Shown one piece after another: positions 23,680-30,057 of a stretch of 30,057 nt of DNA. The notes beneath the pieces are model-generated. The model did no database searches and was not told the origin of the DNA. It saw only the letters and a list, made by a program, of their open reading frames with translations. The position numbers and the translations under genes were made by a program. This DNA comes from a virus. Taxonomy: Duplodnaviria; Caudoviricetes. The stretch is taken from positions 1-30,057 of the IMG/VR virus record IMGVR_UViG_3300020045_005812. One strand, 5' to 3'. Numbering within the stretch: position 1 is the first letter of the stretch; each line of letters begins with the position of its first letter.

Positions 23680-23996
23680 GCGCAAATGATTAGAGGCATT
23701 AGTACTATAGAGTAATATAAAAAGTAATATACTTCCTCATTTAAAAATCCTATTACAAATCTAAGTATTATACTAAGAAATATTGCAGAAGCAAAAATCT
23801 TTTTATCAGTAGAGTATTTTTTTATAAAAAACATAAAATGCATTAAAGAAAAATAAACTACGAAAGTGTCTATTTTATCTAATAATTTAAAATTGTCATA
23901 ATAAAACTCAGATTTAGTAAAAAATAATGCACAAATCAACCATTGAATTACTATGATTATAGGTAAGTTGCTAATTGATTTGTGCAAAAACTTCAT
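23658..23996 (-). CDS. Integral membrane protein, ~4 TM (112 aa)
   Basis: Four hydrophobic segments; very AT-rich; TAATG-coupled to the upstream holin-like gene. Confidence 0.7.
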   Translation of the reverse strand: MKFLHKSISNLPIIIVIQWLICALFFTKSEFYYDNFKLLDKIDTFVVYFSLMHFMFFIKKYSTDKKIFASAIFLSIILRFVIGFLNEEVYYFLYYSIVLMPLIICAWRAKKY

Positions 23997-24253
23997 TATG
24001 GTCTTGGATCTCTTGGTTTTGGCAATCCGATATCAGATAAAGATTTTATCTCTTTTTGTTCTGTAAAAAAGTTTTTAACCAAATAAGCTACTCCACCAGC
24101 AATAGCTGCTAATCCAATACTTTTCCAATCTAAAGTAAATACTCCAGATTCTAATGATTGTTGAATTATTACTATTGCAGGAGTTAAAATAGACATCAAT
24201 AGTCCTTTTAAAATATCCTTAAAATCTAAACTTAAAAAATTACTTGTTTTCAT
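23996..24253 (-). CDS. Putative holin, 2 TM (85 aa)
   Basis: Two hydrophobic helices and a charged C-terminal tail, within the lysis cassette. Confidence 0.65.
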   Translation of the reverse strand: MKTSNFLSLDFKDILKGLLMSILTPAIVIIQQSLESGVFTLDWKSIGLAAIAGGVAYLVKNFFTEQKEIKSLSDIGLPKPRDPRP

Positions 24254-24276
24254 ATTTATTTGTGTTTAATTGTTAA

Positions 24277-26895
24277 TTATGGGTAAACTCTTATTTCTAG
24301 TACCGCACTATTAAGTCTTGAATCTGTTGGTGTCCCGCTATCATAAGAACCGTATGTAACGGTATTTACGTTTGTGAAATACGCCCTGTTGTGCAATATC
24401 TCTGTGCCTCCAATATTAGATCCTATACTAAGTGTAGCCGTGGTTTTGCCTGATACAAACGCGTTTGTAAAACCACAAGAAAATACCCCAGGAGCTGTTC
24501 TATTATGAGAAACAGTACTTCCTAATGTGTTCTCCAAGACTGTAACAACAGGTGCAGAAGTTCCTGTTTGCGATATTAAAGCGGTGTACTTCTTAGGCAA
24601 AACGCCTAACTGCCCTAAAGTTACAGCGTGGTTTGCAGTTGTCGCAGGTATAGTTATTACGTTTCCGGTAAATGCGGCATTCCCATTTCTATAAATATCT
24701 AATAAATTAGTCCCAAACCTTGAAAATCTAAAAGCTACAGTTGTTAATGTAGAAAAATCAGTGTTATCGTTCTCTCTTACGTTAAAAATCATATCTGAAC
24801 TAGCATTACTGTCATTAGCGGCTGATATAAATGTAAGTCCTGTGGAGTCATTGGACTTACCAACTAATGTAGGGATCCCAAGACTACTACTTCCGTTCCC
24901 GAAATCGAAAGACCCATTAAATTGACTTGGAATACTCAAAGTCGCTGTAAATCCAGTGTTTACACTTAATTTTTTAACAACATTTAACGGTTGCTCATTT
25001 GTGTCTGTGAATCCAACAGGCGGAGATCCTGACCACTCAGTAGAAGAGAATAGGCAACTAGAAATACCAGTAAAAACACTCGGAGTCATAGTAAATTTGC
25101 AATTTTTAAAGTTTGTGTTTGTACTTGTAGTTATAGATATATTTATAGAACTAATATTACAATTTAAAAACTGGTTATTGCCCGATCCACTTATGTATAT
25201 ATCGTTGTTCAATATCTGAACTCCGTTAAATAATTGTCCGTCCCCAAGACTCACTACATCTACGCCTTTGTCTATATTGTGATTAATACTACCTCCGGAA
25301 ATTGTAGAGTGGCCAGGATTCGCTCCTGTCGTGTAATACATTCCAGTTCTATTTCTCTCAAAAGTAGAATTAGAAAAAGGATTATTTCCACCTATATCAT
25401 ACACACCATACTCCCCCCCATAAGCTTTAATATTTGAAAATGAATTATACTCTCCCCTTTCGGCTAAAAAATATCCTATATAGCACGAATCAGCGTAGCA
25501 ATTAGAAATAATTGTATTACCTTCATTATTTACGTTTTTGTTAGAGGCTATTTTTATTCCTGCTCCTCCTAAATTGAAAAAAGACACATTTGAAATCCTT
25601 ACATTTTTATAAACGGTTATATCCACAACACCTTCAAGGTTTATACCTATTTGAAAAGGTCTTGTAGTAATGTAATTAGTTACTGATCCTCTGCCGTTAC
25701 CTTCAAGTCTAATACCATCTACAACTATATCATTTGCTTTTATGTCAAAAATAGGTAGATTAGACGTAGTACTTATCTTTCCATTGCCAATTATAGTAGT
25801 TTTATTAGATATAGTAATTGTCCCAGAGGTATAATAATTACCATTAAATAATACCATTTTACCCGAATTTATAGCGTTTTGAATGGGTGTTTTATCATCA
25901 GCAATACCGTCTGCTGCTGCGCCAAATTCTTCTGGTGTTGTATGTGTCGATTTTGAATTTAAAGCATTTAAAGCATCTGTAGTCGTAGTCCCTGCAACAT
26001 TTGAAAGATTCTGAACAGCAGTAGTGTTCAACGGCACAGGAACGTCTATATATGAGTTATAAGAATTACCAAGATATAGACTTTCAGTTATACTTGCCCC
26101 TGTTGTGCCTACTTTTTCAGCCGATATATGATAACGAACTCTTTCTCCTATATTTATTGTGAACGGAAATTCTATTGATGCACTAACGGGTACATTTGTA
26201 ACACTTCCGTCTGCTAATGTCAAGACTCCGCTGTCTAGTGTAGTTATTACAGTTACGCCTAAATCACCTACAATTGCTCCAGATATTCCAGACGCTATTG
26301 GAGTTCCTGCGTTATTGCATCTATACACCTCAACCGTAAATCGTTGTTGTGCGCTATTTGGAGTAGTACTTACAGATAAGTTTCCTGCGTAAACTCCTTT
26401 AGGGAAAGTAGTATTAGAGACATAAGCGTCTCCTATTAAGTCTTGTGTGAAGTATTTCTTTTCGTTATCGTTATTAATAACGCTAGGTACAGGTAAGGCA
26501 CTTGCTGTAGCTCCTTTATTTACAAAATTAGTTCTATAAAAAGTTCCTGCTGTAATTGTAGTCTGATCCGCGGTGAACCAGAGTCGTGTAGTAATTCCAG
26601 CTGTTGTAGATACAATGTTCCCTAAAGCATCATCAACGCCTTGAAAATACCCTTTAATATTATTCGTTACAGGAGTGAAATGAGTTACTGGAGGAATAAC
26701 ATCTAATGATATATTTTCGCCATTTATCTTGCCTAGAACTCCAGTATTACTCATGGTAGTAATATTATCGGACGTTGTCACTGTTTGTGGGTTTGTTATT
26801 AACAATCCCTCTACAGGGGTTTCAGATCCGTTAGCTGTCTGGCTATGCATCGTAAATGTTACGAATGCAAGTAATAGGAATATTAGTTTTTTCAT
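24277..26895 (-). CDS. Tailspike/depolymerase-like protein with right-handed beta-helix and N-terminal signal peptide (872 aa)
   Basis: PEEFGAAADGIADDKTPIQNAINSG is the pectate_lyase_3-type entry motif, followed by Asn/Gly-rich beta-helix rungs; MKKLIFLLLAFVTFTMHS-Q N-terminus. Confidence 0.75.
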   Translation of the reverse strand: MKKLIFLLLAFVTFTMHSQTANGSETPVEGLLITNPQTVTTSDNITTMSNTGVLGKINGENISLDVIPPVTHFTPVTNNIKGYFQGVDDALGNIVSTTAGITTRLWFTADQTTITAGTFYRTNFVNKGATASALPVPSVINNDNEKKYFTQDLIGDAYVSNTTFPKGVYAGNLSVSTTPNSAQQRFTVEVYRCNNAGTPIASGISGAIVGDLGVTVITTLDSGVLTLADGSVTNVPVSASIEFPFTINIGERVRYHISAEKVGTTGASITESLYLGNSYNSYIDVPVPLNTTAVQNLSNVAGTTTTDALNALNSKSTHTTPEEFGAAADGIADDKTPIQNAINSGKMVLFNGNYYTSGTITISNKTTIIGNGKISTTSNLPIFDIKANDIVVDGIRLEGNGRGSVTNYITTRPFQIGINLEGVVDITVYKNVRISNVSFFNLGGAGIKIASNKNVNNEGNTIISNCYADSCYIGYFLAERGEYNSFSNIKAYGGEYGVYDIGGNNPFSNSTFERNRTGMYYTTGANPGHSTISGGSINHNIDKGVDVVSLGDGQLFNGVQILNNDIYISGSGNNQFLNCNISSINISITTSTNTNFKNCKFTMTPSVFTGISSCLFSSTEWSGSPPVGFTDTNEQPLNVVKKLSVNTGFTATLSIPSQFNGSFDFGNGSSSLGIPTLVGKSNDSTGLTFISAANDSNASSDMIFNVRENDNTDFSTLTTVAFRFSRFGTNLLDIYRNGNAAFTGNVITIPATTANHAVTLGQLGVLPKKYTALISQTGTSAPVVTVLENTLGSTVSHNRTAPGVFSCGFTNAFVSGKTTATLSIGSNIGGTEILHNRAYFTNVNTVTYGSYDSGTPTDSRLNSAVLEIRVYP

Positions 26896-27494
26896 TGTAT
26901 AAAAAGAGTTATTAAGTTACCCGCAATAGTTACGGTTTTCAAAGTTACAACATTTCCAGTTTGTGTAAAAGTATAATTTTTAGTAACATTAGAAGCATCT
27001 GCTGGTAATTGTATTGCTTGATTTATAAATCCAAATACAGCTATTTTTCCTGCTGGTATTGCAAAATTTTGGTTAGGACTTGCGAGTATAGGGAAGAAGT
27101 AAGGCTGTAGCTGCACACCGCTTAACGGAGTCCAATACCCAGCAATTCTAACTTGTGGCTCTGCTGAATCTGCGTCAGTCACAAAAGCCTGTATTCCGTC
27201 ACCGTCATTGAAGAAATCACTTGTATTTTCTGGCTTGTTTTTTATGAAATCAACTTCTCCAGAATCTCCTTGATCCCAATCAGCCTGCACTTGTCCATCT
27301 TCTGCAAGTCCTGCCAGCTTGTCTTTCTCTATCTGTGTAAAATTAGTATCACTCAACCCTTTACCGACAACTTTATCAACCTTATTCGAGTAAAGTTCAT
27401 TGAAATTGCTTTCAGCTTTTATCTGTGAAGCTCTGAGCGTATCGCCAGTACCATCGTTAGGAGCAGACCCGTAATTTATATGTTGCTGTGCCAT
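26892..27494 (-). CDS. Virion fibre/collar-type structural protein (200 aa)
   Basis: INYGSAPNDGTGDTLR...K...NFNELY N-terminal motif, KVDKV.GKGLS and QADWDQ....DFIKNKP fibre motifs. Confidence 0.7.
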   Translation of the reverse strand: MAQQHINYGSAPNDGTGDTLRASQIKAESNFNELYSNKVDKVVGKGLSDTNFTQIEKDKLAGLAEDGQVQADWDQGDSGEVDFIKNKPENTSDFFNDGDGIQAFVTDADSAEPQVRIAGYWTPLSGVQLQPYFFPILASPNQNFAIPAGKIAVFGFINQAIQLPADASNVTKNYTFTQTGNVVTLKTVTIAGNLITLFIQ

Positions 27495-27967
27495 TAATAG
27501 AAGTCATTAAAATTAGTTTCTTCTTCACTTTTTTTGCAATTACCCCATTCTGGAAGCGTTGAATTTTCCATGTACTTTCTGAAATTGCTTTCCACAGATA
27601 TAGCCATAGATCTATATTCTTCGGATAGCTGAACTGTTTTTTGCGAAGGTTGCCAACGGTCAGAAGTTAAGATGTTATTCCCTGTATTGCTTACTTTGGT
27701 TTCGTTCAGCAATATAAAATAATGAGCAGTGAAATAAACGCACATTTTTAAAATGTATTTATCAAAAATTTTCAAATACTCATCAGTCAATGCTGTATCG
27801 TTGTCAAGATCATTATATATTTTATCGTACAAAGCCACTCCCAAAACTCTTTCAATATCAATTGTCTGCGCATCCTCTATACGTGGTAATATTAAATCAT
27901 TGTCAGTATCTCCATTTATAGTGGTTAATTCTTTTACGTTTTCAGGTGTTATAAATAATTGTATCAT
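27494..27967 (-). CDS. Putative head-tail adaptor (157 aa)
   Basis: Directly downstream of the portal; helical, I.DAQ.IDI..VLG..LY pattern. Confidence 0.6.
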   Translation of the reverse strand: MIQLFITPENVKELTTINGDTDNDLILPRIEDAQTIDIERVLGVALYDKIYNDLDNDTALTDEYLKIFDKYILKMCVYFTAHYFILLNETKVSNTGNNILTSDRWQPSQKTVQLSEEYRSMAISVESNFRKYMENSTLPEWGNCKKSEEETNFNDFY

Positions 27968-29343
27968 ACTGTTTTAGGTGTTTCTGGTTTTGCTTCTTCT
28001 GGATTCCCTAAAAGCTCTATAGCTTCTTCTGTAGTTTTTCCGTAAAACTGTTTAAAAATAGCTATCGCACTGGCTTTTGATGTAGTTCCGTCAAGGAATG
28101 ATTTCTGAATATCCAATACAAGTGTTGCGCCTCCTACAGTTCCGCTTAATTCTGCCTGTGATTTAGCTTTTATTGCCTCTGCGCTTTCGTCTACAATTAC
28201 CCCGCCTTCATCTTCTACTTGTTTTTCTCTGAATTCCTCAAAGTCTACAAATTCCAGTTTAACCGCTGGATCAATTAGTTTAAATAATTTTGTCAAACCA
28301 TCTAAAACAACTTTTCGAAGCGGGTTTATATTTCGTCTGTATAAATCTTTGGTAGCTACTATTCTTTCGTCTGCATTGCTAGAAAATCCACTAGAATCAC
28401 TTGATCCAGAATAAAGGATTTTAGGCACTGAATGACCGACTATAATTTTTCTTTCACACTCTTCAGCGAAAAATACATTTTGTTGATTTAAATTAGGCGT
28501 CTCTACCTGATCTATCGTTGTTGCGTCTAAAGCGTCGGAGTTATAAGATACGACTACATGATGCTTTGGAGAACCTCCTGTATAGTCTTTCTTTATCGCT
28601 TCAGCTTTTTTCTTTTTCACATCTTCAGAAGCGGCTCCTTGTTTTCCTCCGTTGAAATTTATTACTGTTGTAATTTTATTTTCAAACTGGAAATGTGTTT
28701 TTGTGTTTTGGCCTAGGAATCCTTCAGCGATACAGTAATTAATACAGCTGAAGTAATCAGGTAAAGGAAAGAATTTGTTTTTTGTAATTCTTTGCACAAT
28801 AACAATTTCTACACCTCCCTGATATGTGCCGTCGAATTTTTTACAAGACACTGGTGTGTAAGTCCCAGATTGTGCCCAATCCCATGAATACCAATAACCA
28901 ACGACTTTTGGATGTACTGTTCTGCAATCCAATTCAACAGCAAAATTTTCAATAGGAATATATTCAAATTTCAATAGCTTTCTGTCTTTTTCACTATCAT
29001 TCCAAATAGCCTGTAACGCATAGCCTCCCATCATTTTTGTGTCCAAACAAATAAGCTCTTGATCGTCTGGACTGATATATTTTGAAATATCTAAATCAGA
29101 ACCAACATTTACAATACCATCAGCATACATGAAGTTTACAAAAGAACTTATAATACTTTGGTTTGTCGGACTATCGTCGTAAGCGTCACGGAGTGTTTTG
29201 TAGTTCGAGTTATTAAATCCGTTAGTAACAGCATTTACCCCGTTTTGGGTCATTAATGGGTTTATGTCGATAGGTTGCCATGCTGACATTTTTACAACTT
29301 CCTCACTAAATGAGTAAACATTTTCTATATTACCTACTTCCAT
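27964..29343 (-). CDS. Portal protein (459 aa)
   Basis: Size; SPTNQSII, GGYALQ.IW, FPLPDY, KI..GHSVP.IL and INPLR motifs typical of portals. Confidence 0.8.
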   Translation of the reverse strand: MEVGNIENVYSFSEEVVKMSAWQPIDINPLMTQNGVNAVTNGFNNSNYKTLRDAYDDSPTNQSIISSFVNFMYADGIVNVGSDLDISKYISPDDQELICLDTKMMGGYALQAIWNDSEKDRKLLKFEYIPIENFAVELDCRTVHPKVVGYWYSWDWAQSGTYTPVSCKKFDGTYQGGVEIVIVQRITKNKFFPLPDYFSCINYCIAEGFLGQNTKTHFQFENKITTVINFNGGKQGAASEDVKKKKAEAIKKDYTGGSPKHHVVVSYNSDALDATTIDQVETPNLNQQNVFFAEECERKIIVGHSVPKILYSGSSDSSGFSSNADERIVATKDLYRRNINPLRKVVLDGLTKLFKLIDPAVKLEFVDFEEFREKQVEDEGGVIVDESAEAIKAKSQAELSGTVGGATLVLDIQKSFLDGTTSKASAIAIFKQFYGKTTEEAIELLGNPEEAKPETPKTV

Positions 29344-29639
29344 CTTTTTGTGTTTTGCGATTGGTTAGTGTAGTCTTGTATATCGGTATCATTTGCAACG
29401 AAAATCAATTTCCCTTTATAAACGATTTCGGAATTTCTTGTTAATTTAAATGAATAGGTAGTTCCCTGTACGAATCCAGTAGTTTCTTCAATGGTAACGA
29501 CTATCGTGTTTTTTACTATTTCCCAAGTCATAGAAATCATTAATCCATCATCTAAAGTGAAAATTAAATCATCTGTGATCTCTGGGTAAAATCTAGGAAC
29601 TAATTTTATGACAGGAATAGCTTCAGTAACTACTTTCAT
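29334..29639 (-). CDS. Hypothetical structural protein (101 aa)
   Basis: Overlaps the portal start; start reassigned to ATG 29639, downstream of the terminator. Confidence 0.65.
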   Translation of the reverse strand: MKVVTEAIPVIKLVPRFYPEITDDLIFTLDDGLMISMTWEIVKNTIVVTIEETTGFVQGTTYSFKLTRNSEIVYKGKLIFVANDTDIQDYTNQSQNTKRWK

Positions 29640-29652
29640 TTGTATTTTTATT

Positions 29653-29680
29653 AAAAAAGGGCGCAATGATACGCCCTTTT
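29653..29680 (-). terminator. Rho-independent terminator
   Basis: AAAAGGGCG/CGCCCTTTT stem with a T-run, after the tail-tube-like gene. Confidence 0.85.
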
Positions 29681-29701
29681 ATTTATAATCTAAAGCACGC
29701 A

Positions 29702-30055
29702 TTAATATGCCATTGTAGAGCCTAACACTTGCGCTACAGCAGGAGCAGTAAGCCAGAATTTACGGAAAGAATCTGCTTCGTCTGTGTCTATTGTGATAGT
29801 TACACCGTTCAAATCCCCGTCCTGTCCTCCTGTAGTATCTACGGCAGTAGAAACCATGCATCCAAATTGTGAACCAATAGCGAAAAAATCACCATTTTTC
29901 ATTTCTAAGATTGCAACAAACTCAGTTTTAGTCAATTGGTCAACAATATCAGATAAAACCGTATTGTCTAATCCTGTTGCAGAAACTAATACTAAAGGCA
30001 ATTGTCCTTTTCTACCTCCTGAACGTGTGTCCATGTTGTTAGTAAGAGTATCGGT
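29702..30055 (-). CDS. Probable major tail tube protein, 5'-truncated by the window
   Basis: Frame is open to the window edge; AILE.KNG.FFAIG...G.....TTGG..GDLNGVTITI..DE pattern; followed by a terminator, as expected for an abundant virion protein. Confidence 0.55.
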   Translation of the reverse strand, partial: TDTLTNNMDTRSGGRKGQLPLVLVSATGLDNTVLSDIVDQLTKTEFVAILEMKNGDFFAIGSQFGCMVSTAVDTTGGQDGDLNGVTITIDTDEADSFRKFWLTAPAVAQVLGSTMAY

Positions 30056-30057
30056 GT

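Noticed and set aside
22038-27977. ORFs 22038..22229, 22316..22525, 22441..22644, 24956..25219, 25234..25437, 26159..26392, 27753..27977
   Set aside because: Antisense to YqaJ, spike or adaptor genes, or running across terminators.
1-30057. Integrase/lysogeny module or alternative genetic code
   Set aside because: No recombinase motifs recognised in the window; long genes translate intact and all three stop codons end genes.

Overview
About 30 kb of an AT-rich tailed-phage genome (or prophage), most likely a siphovirus of a Bacteroidota (Flavobacterium-like) host. The host call rests on repeated TAnnTTTG -7 promoters, A-rich start regions without Shine-Dalgarno sequences and a DUF3127-type protein. 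Layout from right to left on the minus strand: tail-tube-like gene (partial), portal, adaptor, fibre/spike genes and a lysis cassette. A short plus-strand recombination operon follows (DUF3127 SSB-like, DEDDh exonuclease, unknown, YqaJ/lambda-exo). A minus-strand block then carries small HTH genes, HNH-like, SF2 helicase, PAPS-reductase-like, VRR-NUC, DUF3987 and a probable origin. It continues into terminase, neck/tail genes and a frameshift-split tape measure. I recognise no integrase, tRNA, rRNA or CRISPR array. Three signals stand out. (1) Two structurally conserved but sequence-divergent attC-like hairpins (TAAC...GTTA) bracket a stand-alone FtsK-gamma-like gene, suggesting an integron-like gene cassette in a phage. 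(2) A candidate ~60-nt sRNA has a 5' end complementary to an ACTTATC motif found just upstream of six start codons. (3) A sigma54-type promoter precedes a 22-aa peptide. All protein calls are by-eye motif recognition, not database searches.
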